In this document: positions 1 to 9,036 of the stretch, piece after piece | Layout of the letters: each line of letters begins with the position of its first letter | Numbering within the stretch: the stretch's first letter is position 1 | IMG/VR virus record: IMGVR_UViG_3300009158_000031 | Location: 186,001 to 250,000 of that record | Length of the DNA stretch: 64,000 nucleotides | Reading direction: 5' to 3' (one strand) | Translations under genes and position numbers: made by a program | Notes under the pieces: generated by a model | Database searches by the model: none | Seen by the model: only the letters and a program-made list of their open reading frames with translations | Told to the model about the DNA's origin: nothing

Positions 1-957
1 AAGAAATCCGGTGCTGGTTTTGAAATCGATGTTGAAAAACTATCTAGTCAAGAACAAGATGATTTATTAAAATATTTACACTCACAAGATTATTTAGAAG
101 AATCTGTTAATGAAGCTTGGAGTAATATAGACACCGACAAAGCTGCCGATCTAATCAATAAAGAAATTGGAGTTAATCCTGGTTATTTCTTTATTGGCGA
201 TGAAGATTTATGCATCAAATTTGATAAATTATGGACTGAAAAGAAATACAAAGTAGCTCTTAATATGTTATTTTTTATTGAAAATCTAAAAGATCTTAAA
301 GACTTCATAAAACAAAACCAAAACGAATCGGTTAATGAAGCAGTATCACCAGAAGTACATCGTATGGTTAATAAATTTGTAACCGGTATGGCTGATAAAT
401 ATGATTATTCTTTACAAGATGCAGTTTATGCAATACTAGACGTTTTAAAAAGTCAAAAATATAAAGGATTAAAAGAATCTGTTAATGAAGGTGAAACTTT
501 AATATTTGATGAGATCGGAGAAAACCTAACCAAACTTCAGGATCAAATAGATGCAATGCTTAAATGGGAAATCACCGATCAAAAATGGATCGTTGCACTT
601 AAAACAATTCAATCTGCCTGTTCTAAATTGGAAGATACTGTCGCTAAAGCTGATCAGAAATTAGGTGCTATTGAATATAATGAATCCATTAGTGAAGGTC
701 TTTTAAAATTAGATGAAGGTGCTGTTAAACAATTTGAGATCGATTATAAAGACATGGAAAGTAGTATCAAACGAGGTATTGGTTGGATTGATCCTGAATA
801 TGTGGCTGAAACTTGGGAGAATTCTTCAGATACTATTGATTATGAAATAGTTAGAAATGAAATTCTTACTCGTCTAATTAAAGCCGATCTTCTTTATACA
901 TCACTAGATGGAGAAACTAAAGGTAAAAGAATTACCAACATAAGTCAAATTAAATAA
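1..957 (+). CDS. 5'-truncated putative virion polyprotein with repeated ESVNE-like protease sites
   Basis: Frame 1 is open from base 1 (KKSGAGFEID...), so the ORF begins upstream of the window. Repeats EESVNEA, NESVNEA, KESVNEG, NESISEG, LDEG separate short helical modules. Confidence 0.7.
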   Translation, partial: KKSGAGFEIDVEKLSSQEQDDLLKYLHSQDYLEESVNEAWSNIDTDKAADLINKEIGVNPGYFFIGDEDLCIKFDKLWTEKKYKVALNMLFFIENLKDLKDFIKQNQNESVNEAVSPEVHRMVNKFVTGMADKYDYSLQDAVYAILDVLKSQKYKGLKESVNEGETLIFDEIGENLTKLQDQIDAMLKWEITDQKWIVALKTIQSACSKLEDTVAKADQKLGAIEYNESISEGLLKLDEGAVKQFEIDYKDMESSIKRGIGWIDPEYVAETWENSSDTIDYEIVRNEILTRLIKADLLYTSLDGETKGKRITNISQIK

Positions 958-1859
958 TGCTAAAATTTAATCAATTTGTTAACCTGATTCTTAATGAAGG
1001 AGGTAATGCGATTGAGGATGCTCGTCCTATTTTGCAATCTGAAATAGATGCAACGTATGCATATGTTATTAAAAACATATATCCTCTTATTGGTCTTGCC
1101 GAAGATTTTGCTAAACCAATAGGATCTTTTAAGAAAAAAGCACCTGATCAAACATCTGGTGATATCGATATTGCCGTTCTTGCTGATAGAATTGCCGGAG
1201 AAAATGGAATTGATTTATCTCAGGTTCTTGAATTCATCGCATCTAAATTGAGTGATTATTCTCCGGTCGTTAGTAAAGGGTTTCAACAAGTTTCTATAGG
1301 TGTTCCAATTGAAGGTGATAAGAAAAAAGGTATTGCACAAATTGATTTGATGCTAACAGATAATCTGAATTTTTCCTCCTTCATGTATCATTCACCAGAC
1401 TTTACTCAAGCAGAATCCAAATATAAAGGACTTTACCGTAATATTCTACTAATGAATATCATTAGCAATTCGAAACGAGAAACTACCAAGCTAACCGACA
1501 AAGGTGAAATTGAAGAATATCGTTCATATGTACTTCGTCTAAATCAAGGTGTTGTTGCGGTAACCAAATCGTTTATAGGTAAGAAAGGGTTAGTTAAGAA
1601 TCCTACATTACTCAACGATCAAGATAAATTTATGTCTAATACTCCAGAAGTTATTGCGGAATTGGCATTCGGTCCGGATGTTCCCATTTCAGAAATAATG
1701 ACTTTTGAAGATACTTGGAGACATACAATGGATTCTAAATTTATTCACCAAGATAAATTAGATGCAATTCTAAAAGATTTCAGAACTAGATTACTTGCTG
1801 CTAAAGTTCCTTTCCCTATTGAATGTGTAGAACAATACCCAAATATATTTACATCATGA
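957..1859 (+). CDS. Pol-beta-superfamily nucleotidyltransferase with N-terminal capsid-targeting-like tag
   Basis: PIGS...SGDIDIAV and AQIDLM catalytic motifs; N-terminus MLKFNQFVNLILNE|GGNA. Confidence 0.75.
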   Translation: MLKFNQFVNLILNEGGNAIEDARPILQSEIDATYAYVIKNIYPLIGLAEDFAKPIGSFKKKAPDQTSGDIDIAVLADRIAGENGIDLSQVLEFIASKLSDYSPVVSKGFQQVSIGVPIEGDKKKGIAQIDLMLTDNLNFSSFMYHSPDFTQAESKYKGLYRNILLMNIISNSKRETTKLTDKGEIEEYRSYVLRLNQGVVAVTKSFIGKKGLVKNPTLLNDQDKFMSNTPEVIAELAFGPDVPISEIMTFEDTWRHTMDSKFIHQDKLDAILKDFRTRLLAAKVPFPIECVEQYPNIFTS

Positions 1860-3382
1860 TGTTAAAATACAATCAATTCGTTCAATGGTTAAATGAATCA
1901 GCTATGGCTCCAGTTGAATGGAATGAGAAGCCTAAATATCGAGTACAATTTCTTAGTTTCTTAGAAGATAAAAATAAAGAACTTATAATTGATGGTAAAT
2001 ACAAATCCTCATATCCATTTCTAACTTTCAAAGTTTCTGATATTTCTAATTTAGAAGATATACAATCGTTTATAAAAAGTGATAAAGCGGTTTCATCTAA
2101 AGAACCTTTAATGGATGTTGATGCAGTTAAAATACCATTAACACATTTGCTAAAAACTGGATTATTTACTAATCAATCAAAGACTTCAACTGATACCGAT
2201 ACTAAAGAAGGTATGGTTGTTTATTTCTACTACAATCAAGACGCAGACATTCTTTCTATAAAAAATTCAGAAGCAGTTGCATTAGTAGATAACATTCCGA
2301 ATGGAGATTTACATCCAAAAGCTATGGATAAAATTAGATTATGGTTATCTGATTTTGATAGAGAAAATGAAGAACAAATCGCTCAATGGAAATCTACCGG
2401 TAATGTAATGGCTGAATTTTTATCGAATGGATATCATTTAGACCGAAATGATATACTTATAAAAGTTAGAGATAGGGCAAGAATACTTTCTGGTTTAGCA
2501 CCGGATAATTGGTGTCCTGGAGACGTTTACTTAGTAGATCCTTCTGCTAAATCTACCATACTTGATTATGTAAATAATGCAAAAACCATAGGAGAATTAA
2601 ATTTATTATTCAATGATTCATTCACACCAAGAGAAACCTCAGCTGAACCTATGGGATCTCTTGTAGCGGTTTCTCTTAAACAACAAGTAGCTAGATTAGG
2701 TAGAGCAAAAGAATTCCTAAAAACAATATCCACAAAAGATTCAGTATATAACCTTACAAAAGAAGAATTGGTTAAATGTAAAACTGATGAATCTTGGGCA
2801 AAAGCAGAAATTTCTAATTATCAACAACTCTTAGGAACTATCGCTTCTAAATCAGAGATAACCGTTCATTATAACCCTGGAAGTGTAGATCGTATTAAAC
2901 CGGCTTTATTACCTAGTAAATTGGCTGCCATAAAATTAACTTATCATCTACTTACTTTACCAAAAGAATCACCGGAAGATCTTGATGATAATCTTCTAAG
3001 TGTTCTTCAATTTGGACTTAAGCAAGCCGACAAATCAACAAATCCTCCATATTTCAAAATCACCGGAAGTATAAAAGGTGAAGGTAGTTTAGAGTTCTTT
3101 CATGGAGGAGATACTTTAAAGTTATTAATTGGAGGAATTGGTAACAAAGAAGCCAAGCTAGTTATTTTAGATTTACCTAGTAGATTAGATATTGTTCTGT
3201 TTTATTACGTTTCAATTGGCGATACTGCATATGAAATTCGTTTAAGGTCGGCAACTACCAATAGTAAACAAGCCGGATTAGAATTTGAAAGAAAAGATAT
3301 TATCGGAAATCTTGTAGAAGATCCTCAAGGAACAACATCTAAAATAGATAAATTATTCCATCAAAGATCCTCGATGAAATAA
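1856..3382 (+). CDS. Tagged protein with PD-(D/E)XK restriction-endonuclease-like motif
   Basis: Start moved to ATGA overlap at 1856 (MMLKYNQFVQWLNE); DNWCPGDVYLV...VSLKQ motif. Confidence 0.55.
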   Translation: MMLKYNQFVQWLNESAMAPVEWNEKPKYRVQFLSFLEDKNKELIIDGKYKSSYPFLTFKVSDISNLEDIQSFIKSDKAVSSKEPLMDVDAVKIPLTHLLKTGLFTNQSKTSTDTDTKEGMVVYFYYNQDADILSIKNSEAVALVDNIPNGDLHPKAMDKIRLWLSDFDRENEEQIAQWKSTGNVMAEFLSNGYHLDRNDILIKVRDRARILSGLAPDNWCPGDVYLVDPSAKSTILDYVNNAKTIGELNLLFNDSFTPRETSAEPMGSLVAVSLKQQVARLGRAKEFLKTISTKDSVYNLTKEELVKCKTDESWAKAEISNYQQLLGTIASKSEITVHYNPGSVDRIKPALLPSKLAAIKLTYHLLTLPKESPEDLDDNLLSVLQFGLKQADKSTNPPYFKITGSIKGEGSLEFFHGGDTLKLLIGGIGNKEAKLVILDLPSRLDIVLFYYVSIGDTAYEIRLRSATTNSKQAGLEFERKDIIGNLVEDPQGTTSKIDKLFHQRSSMK

Positions 3383-3390
3383 GATAAATA
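3383..3390 (+). promoter_or_regulatory. Putative late promoter GATAAATA
   Basis: GATAAATAACATAA also precedes the endolysin (20911); resembles T4 late consensus TATAAATA. Confidence 0.5.
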
Positions 3391-3412
3391 ACATAACAAA
3401 AACAAACAAAAC

Positions 3413-4000
3413 ATGTATACTAGAGAACAGATAGAAGGAGCCGTAAAGGCTAAAGGATACGTTTGGTTTGAAGGGGAAAAAGATTACGATGTTAATATCG
3501 TGGGAGTTAGAAATTCAGCCACTGGCCAAAAAGTTACTAATGTATTTGATGATACATTAACACTATCCTATAAGATTGCCGGTCAATGGAAATTCCATAC
3601 CTGGATATGTACAACTGACCCTGGTAAAAAGGGTGTTATGGAATATCATAATGCTGCTGGTGTTGCAAGATTAGTCGAAGGACAATATCGTGGATCTCAT
3701 ACTATCAGATTACATCAAGGAAAATATGAAGCTTTAGGGCAAGCTAAAAACGTAAAAGTTTATAGAGATGCTAACCGAGATTTAACTTATAACGAAGATA
3801 AAATTCAAGAAGGAGTTTTTGGAATTAATATTCATAAAGCCGGTGCCGATTCAACATACGTCGAGAATTGGTCAGAAGGTTGCCAAGTATTTAAAAAATC
3901 AGCAGACTTTGAAGAATTTATGACTATAATCAGAAAATCAAGAGATATTCATGGTAATTCTTTTACCTATACTCTAATTGAATCTACTGATATCGCCTAA
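3413..4000 (+). CDS. L,D-transpeptidase (YkuD)-like peptidoglycan-active protein
   Basis: GINIHKAG...WSEGCQV matches H-x-x-G...S-x-G-C catalytic pattern. Confidence 0.6.
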   Translation: MYTREQIEGAVKAKGYVWFEGEKDYDVNIVGVRNSATGQKVTNVFDDTLTLSYKIAGQWKFHTWICTTDPGKKGVMEYHNAAGVARLVEGQYRGSHTIRLHQGKYEALGQAKNVKVYRDANRDLTYNEDKIQEGVFGINIHKAGADSTYVENWSEGCQVFKKSADFEEFMTIIRKSRDIHGNSFTYTLIESTDIA

Positions 4001-4014
4001 CAAATATATACATT

Positions 4015-4449
4015 ATGATACTAAACTACCAAGAATATCTTGCTTTAGAAGAAGCCGCTAAGTACTCAATCGATAAAAATCATTCTCTAATTGCCGTTCA
4101 TGGTCTTTCATTGAGAGATCAAATACACGTTTGGCATTGGCAAACCGAGGTTGGCGATCAACATAAAGCCTTAGGAGAATTTTACGAAAACTTATTAGAA
4201 ACTCTCGATCAATTAGTAGAAGCTATAATGGGAAAATACGGAAGAATTTCTGTTAAGACGGTTGGATCTCCTAAACCTCTTGTTGATCTACAAGATCTAA
4301 AAAACATTGACGCTTTTGTTGATGAATACATAAAACTTTTTGACAATTTCAGAAACACAACTTTCAAAAATGATACAGAAATTCAGAATATCATAGATGA
4401 AATCGTTGCAGAAGCTCTTAAATTGAAATATCTCCTAACAATGTCTTAA
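4015..4449 (+). CDS. Ferritin/Dps-like protein (DUF5856-like) with N-terminal tag
   Basis: HWQT...HKALGEFYE...LVEAIMG...KYLLT; N-terminus MILNYQEYLALEE. Confidence 0.7.
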   Translation: MILNYQEYLALEEAAKYSIDKNHSLIAVHGLSLRDQIHVWHWQTEVGDQHKALGEFYENLLETLDQLVEAIMGKYGRISVKTVGSPKPLVDLQDLKNIDAFVDEYIKLFDNFRNTTFKNDTEIQNIIDEIVAEALKLKYLLTMS

Positions 4450-4466
4450 AAATACTTAATTACAAA

Positions 4467-4850
4467 ATGTTTGTACCAAATCACATTCACGTCCTTATTA
4501 AAGGTTATGTCAAAAATCCACCTCGAACAGAGGAACATCTAAATGATTGGTTTCGACGATTGGTCGAACGTGTAAGAATGGTAGTAGTTGCTGGTCCAAC
4601 TTCTGTATATGTTAATGAACCCGGAAATGAAGGTTTAACTGGAACCGTTACATTAGCAACCTCACATGCATCTATTCATGTATGGGATAACATTGAACCT
4701 GCAATGTTCCAATTCGATCTATATTCATGTTCAGAATTTACTCCACAGGAAGTTATCGAACACTTAGAAGAATTCGATCTAGTTTCATGCGAATATATGT
4801 TCATCGATCGTAATACTGAAATGAAAGTCGTAGAAACTGGAAATGTTTAA
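4467..4850 (+). CDS. speD: S-adenosylmethionine decarboxylase proenzyme-like
   Basis: GLTGTVTLATSHASIHVW...FDLYSC pyruvoyl-enzyme motif. Confidence 0.75.
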   Translation: MFVPNHIHVLIKGYVKNPPRTEEHLNDWFRRLVERVRMVVVAGPTSVYVNEPGNEGLTGTVTLATSHASIHVWDNIEPAMFQFDLYSCSEFTPQEVIEHLEEFDLVSCEYMFIDRNTEMKVVETGNV

Positions 4851-5187
4851 AGCTCTAAAAAATAAATTACACATCATATCATGGGTGTTAACTGATATTG
4901 TCTGGTACTCAGGCAATTCTGATTTAACTCTGATTATGATTATACCTACGTTACTCTTAACCGGATATGCTCTAATAGCACAAAAGGATAAAAGAGAAGA
5001 AAACTTTGTACTTGCCTCATGGGTTCTTGCGAATACTATTTGGTTGTTACATGAAATACGAGATTGGTCTATTCTTCCAGTTTTTCTTTTCATGACGATT
5101 GGAGTCGTATTCTCTTTTCTCACTATGAGATCTTGTTTACATATCCAATGCAAAAAACCAACACCTATAAAAAATGGCAAAGTCTAG
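4843..5187 (+). CDS. Membrane protein
   Basis: Several hydrophobic segments. Confidence 0.6.
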   Translation: MFKALKNKLHIISWVLTDIVWYSGNSDLTLIMIIPTLLLTGYALIAQKDKREENFVLASWVLANTIWLLHEIRDWSILPVFLFMTIGVVFSFLTMRSCLHIQCKKPTPIKNGKV

Positions 5188-5303
5188 TACCAGCGAGGTT
5201 AGAAATTTCCACGCTAAAACTAAAAAGAAAAATCCTGGAGTACATTCGAAGACAAAATCTTCAAGAGCAAAAACTTCTAAGAATTACAGAAAAGCTTATG
5301 TAG
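5064..5303 (+). CDS. Hypothetical basic protein (start probably internal, MQKTN)
   Basis: ORF fills gap before ClpP-like gene. Confidence 0.4.
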   Translation: MVYSSSFSFHDDWSRILFSHYEILFTYPMQKTNTYKKWQSLVPARLEISTLKLKRKILEYIRRQNLQEQKLLRITEKLM

Positions 5304-5322
5304 GACAGGGGAAATAATCCCT

Positions 5323-5850
5323 ATGGCAAAACGTAGAATTCAAAACCGAACCATAATGTTTTTTGGTCAGGTTACAGAAAACAATGTATCTAAAGTCATC
5401 GATCAAATTGATGCCATTTTAGAAGAAGATCCGAATGACAATGGTCCCATCAAAATCATTCTGTCTAGTGAAGGTGGAGATGTGTATGATGGATTTGGCC
5501 TTATAGGTTATATGGAATCTATACCAATAAAATTCCATATTCATTGTGTAGGTAAAATCATGTCAATGGCATTACCAATCGCTCTATCAGGAGATTTAGT
5601 TACTGCATCTCCTTATTGTACTTTCATGTATCATGAAATATCCCATTCCGTACCATATCACGAGAAGATACAATATCACAAACAAGAATTAAAAGAATGT
5701 GACCGTCTACAGAAGATGTACGATGAGTATATAGTTAATCACACCAAGTTCGATAAAGTGTTCCTAGATGATATTAAGGATAAACGAGCAGAGTTCTATT
5801 TTTCACCGAAAGAAGCCATTAAATATGGTGTCATATCTAAAATAGTTTAG
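5323..5850 (+). CDS. clpP: ClpP-like protease
   Basis: LSSEGGDV, IMSMA (catalytic Ser), FMYHE, FSPKEAIKYG motifs. Confidence 0.8.
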   Translation: MAKRRIQNRTIMFFGQVTENNVSKVIDQIDAILEEDPNDNGPIKIILSSEGGDVYDGFGLIGYMESIPIKFHIHCVGKIMSMALPIALSGDLVTASPYCTFMYHEISHSVPYHEKIQYHKQELKECDRLQKMYDEYIVNHTKFDKVFLDDIKDKRAEFYFSPKEAIKYGVISKIV

Positions 5851-5875
5851 ATAGATATTAAAATCAAATTATCAA

Positions 5876-6157
5876 ATGGAAAACAAATCAAATACCGTCT
5901 TTGGAAAACTTAAATGGTTCTTTACCGAACTTATGAAAATGTACAGCAGTGAAAAATCATATTTCTCTAAGAAGAGAGTTGAATCTGGAATTGCTTTTGT
6001 CATATCTCAATGGGGTATGATTTGGTTCTTAATAAAGAAAATCGATGTACTAACTGCATCCGATATGTTAATTTGGGCAGGTATTGAATTTGCCGTTGCT
6101 GGATATATGATTAATCAAATCCAAAAAGAGAAGAAGACCGAAGATACTTCTAATTAA
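5876..6157 (+). CDS. Small two-TM membrane protein (holin-like)
   Basis: FSKKR followed by two hydrophobic helices and a charged C-terminus. Confidence 0.45.
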   Translation: MENKSNTVFGKLKWFFTELMKMYSSEKSYFSKKRVESGIAFVISQWGMIWFLIKKIDVLTASDMLIWAGIEFAVAGYMINQIQKEKKTEDTSN

Positions 6158-6163
6158 ATTTTA

Positions 6164-6171
6164 CATATAAT
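6164..6171 (+). promoter_or_regulatory. Recurrent intergenic CATATAAT motif (putative second promoter class; representative copy)
   Basis: CATATAA(T/A) shortly upstream of starts at 6164, 7615, 9011, 14265, 22797, 23879, 24935, 28809, 30962, 46319, 51052, 54233, 59777. Confidence 0.55.
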
Positions 6172-6195
6172 TACTATATTCTAAATAGTAATAAT

Positions 6196-6606
6196 ATGCA
6201 AACATCAGCCGGAATACTTTTCATATTAGACAACAAAGCGCTATTAGCACATTCAACTAATTCAAGATGGTGGAATTCATGGATGCCACCTAAAGGTCAT
6301 GTTGAAGACGGGGAGTCTTTACCACAAACAGCAGCCAGGGAAACCGAAGAAGAAATTGGTTGGCGAATAGATCCTAAATATCTTAAAGAAAGTTTTCTAG
6401 TAGAATATCAAAAATCTAATATGGTTTGGAAACAAATACACATATTTCCGATTTATCTAGATTCCATTAATGACGATAGATTAAAAATTGTAGGAGATCT
6501 TCAAAAAGAAGAAGTTGATGCTATTGAATGGATGGATCATGATATGATTATTAAAAGATCTAATCGAGGTTATGTTACACATATATTAAACGCAATAAAA
6601 AAATAA
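6196..6606 (+). CDS. NUDIX hydrolase
   Basis: Nudix box GHVEDGESLPQTAARETEEEIG. Confidence 0.9.
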   Translation: MQTSAGILFILDNKALLAHSTNSRWWNSWMPPKGHVEDGESLPQTAARETEEEIGWRIDPKYLKESFLVEYQKSNMVWKQIHIFPIYLDSINDDRLKIVGDLQKEEVDAIEWMDHDMIIKRSNRGYVTHILNAIKK

Positions 6607-6611
6607 AAATT

Positions 6612-7586
6612 ATGCACGAAACACGCATTCCTAAAGTTAAAGGTTTCATTGATTCACGAGAAGTAAAAGTACATGGAACATTCGTAAAAGGTTGGGTTTG
6701 TCCTCTTGATCGAAGAACTCCATACGAAATGAAGTTACTCGTTGATGGAATCGAAATGCCAATCGCATCAGGTATGGAAAGACCAGATGTATCAAAGGTA
6801 TATTACAAAAAAGAAAAACAATTTGGATTTCAAACCGTATTTCCTAATACTGCAAAAACCGCAATAGTACTTATTAAAAATGAATATGGTACATGGGATG
6901 AGGTATTCGATTTATTAGGAATTCCCGAAGCAGTAACTCCTAAAGCAGAAACCTCTAATGAAGATCTAGATAAAATATTTAAAACGACTAACGAATGGAA
7001 AACGTTCTTATGCGTTGATAATTTTTATGACGATCCTGATGCAGTTAGAGAATTTGCATTGAATCAAGATTTTCAAATACACAAAGATTATCATAAAGGA
7101 AGACGAACTGATGTAGTATATCGTCCTGAAGGTTTAAGAGAAAAATTCGAAAAGATCATTGGTAGAAAAATCACTTCATGGGACAAATATGGAGTTAATG
7201 GATGTTTTCAACATTGTATAGCCGAAGATCAAGTGGTTTATCATTTTGATTCGCAAAATTATGCAGGTGTAATTTATCTAACACCAGATGCACCACCCGA
7301 AAGTGGAACTACATTCTATCGCTCTAAGAAAAACAAACTAACAAAAATCATGGATAATCCTCATGCAACAGCAACCGGAAAATCATTTGATGAATTACAT
7401 AAGGAAACTTTCGAAAGAGGATTCTATGATTCTACTCAATTCGATGTAGTGGATGTTGTTGGTAACGTTTACAATCGATTAGTTATATGGGATGCATTAA
7501 CACTCCATGCAGCTACTAAATATTTTGGAACAGATCTACATAATTCCAGACTATTCCATCTATTCTTCTTCGACGTAGAGAAATAA
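6612..7586 (+). CDS. 2OG-Fe(II) oxygenase-like protein (DUF6445-like) with N-terminal accessory domain
   Basis: VDNFYDDPD, HFD, AGVIYLTP, YNRLVIW..LH..RLF motifs. Confidence 0.7.
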   Translation: MHETRIPKVKGFIDSREVKVHGTFVKGWVCPLDRRTPYEMKLLVDGIEMPIASGMERPDVSKVYYKKEKQFGFQTVFPNTAKTAIVLIKNEYGTWDEVFDLLGIPEAVTPKAETSNEDLDKIFKTTNEWKTFLCVDNFYDDPDAVREFALNQDFQIHKDYHKGRRTDVVYRPEGLREKFEKIIGRKITSWDKYGVNGCFQHCIAEDQVVYHFDSQNYAGVIYLTPDAPPESGTTFYRSKKNKLTKIMDNPHATATGKSFDELHKETFERGFYDSTQFDVVDVVGNVYNRLVIWDALTLHAATKYFGTDLHNSRLFHLFFFDVEK

Positions 7587-7642
7587 AATAGATATTCTTC
7601 ATTAATGCGTAGTTCATATAATTTAAAATACACATTAATCAA

Positions 7643-8338
7643 ATGAAAAAAGTAGAAGCTCTGTTTATATCAGATGTACATCTAGGAAGTAAAGGATCTA
7701 ATGCCGCAAAGTTATTAGAAACTTTAAAACAATATGAACCGGAGAAATTATTTATTGTCGGTGACTTCATTGATGGTTGGCTGCTAAAGAAGCGACATTA
7801 TTGGACACAGGATTATACTAACGTAATTCGTAAAATTTTATCATACTCAAAACGAGGAACTCAAGTGATTTATATAACAGGAAATCATGACGAGTTCCTT
7901 CGTCATTATGCACCAACCGATCTAGGTGACAATATACAAATTGCTGATGAATGGATTTGGAATGGATATTTCATAACACATGGAGATTTATACGATGGAG
8001 TTGTTAGCCTAAAATGGTTAGCTCATTTAGGATCTGCTGGTTACGAATTAGCAATTACCATTGATCGATTCATGAAACGTTTTGGTTATAAGAAATCTTT
8101 ATCTAAATGGGCTAAAGATTCAGTAAAAGATGCAGTAAAATTTATCACATCGTTCGAATCTCAATTAGCTTTTCAAGCAGATAAACGCAATTGTACTGGC
8201 GTAATTTGCGGACATATACATAAACCAGAGAATAAAATAATTGATGGTATACATTATCTCAATTGTGGAGATTGGATAGAAAACAATACATACATAGTAT
8301 ATGATAAAGGAACATTTGACAATCGTCATTCCGTGTAA
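7643..8338 (+). CDS. LpxH-like UDP-2,3-diacylglucosamine diphosphatase (metallophosphoesterase)
   Basis: SDVHLG, VGDFIDGW, GNHD, THGD, CGHIH, NCGDW motifs. Confidence 0.85.
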   Translation: MKKVEALFISDVHLGSKGSNAAKLLETLKQYEPEKLFIVGDFIDGWLLKKRHYWTQDYTNVIRKILSYSKRGTQVIYITGNHDEFLRHYAPTDLGDNIQIADEWIWNGYFITHGDLYDGVVSLKWLAHLGSAGYELAITIDRFMKRFGYKKSLSKWAKDSVKDAVKFITSFESQLAFQADKRNCTGVICGHIHKPENKIIDGIHYLNCGDWIENNTYIVYDKGTFDNRHSV

Positions 8339-9005
8339 AAACGAAGAGAATTACATATTAGAAACCCTATATTCAATAGAAAAACAGGAGTGGATCGTTG
8401 GAACTCGAGTAATTATTGCCGATGCAAATTCTACGGATTCTACTCGACAAAGAATAAAAGAATATCAAGAACATTCTTTACTTAATATTGAGGTAATTGA
8501 TGGAGGTTCCGTTTCATTTGGTAGAAATGCCGGTGCCAAATTATGCGATACTCAATACGTTCTTTTTATGGATGCAGATTCTCATCTTTTTGAAACGGAT
8601 ATTATATTCGAAGCCATCTTTCAAATATTACATTATGCAGATCTAGTAACATGCAAATTAAAATGTACACAAAAAATACTTAAAGCAAATATCATATACC
8701 GAACATTTAATATCATACAAAGTCTTATGCCAGAAACATTTTCGACTGGAGTTTTTATGATGGTTAATATGGATGAATATCGAAGAATTGGTGGATTCAA
8801 TGAAGATCTACATCAATCCGAAGATTATATCTTCTCTAGAAATATTCCTAAAAAGAGATTCCAGATTATAGATAGATTTACCGGACAAGACGATCGAAGA
8901 TTTAAGAAGACCGGATATTTAGGTATGTTAAAGCTGGTATTCAGTAATTACCTTAATCGTAATAACATAGAACACTTTAAGAAAGACGTAAATTATTGGA
9001 AATAA
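8301..9005 (+). CDS. Glycosyltransferase family 2
   Basis: IVIPCKNEE, DANSTD, GRNAGA, FMDAD, SED motifs. Confidence 0.9.
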   Translation: MIKEHLTIVIPCKNEENYILETLYSIEKQEWIVGTRVIIADANSTDSTRQRIKEYQEHSLLNIEVIDGGSVSFGRNAGAKLCDTQYVLFMDADSHLFETDIIFEAIFQILHYADLVTCKLKCTQKILKANIIYRTFNIIQSLMPETFSTGVFMMVNMDEYRRIGGFNEDLHQSEDYIFSRNIPKKRFQIIDRFTGQDDRRFKKTGYLGMLKLVFSNYLNRNNIEHFKKDVNYWK

Positions 9006-9036
9006 TGAATCATATAATAACTTTAAATTAATAAAC

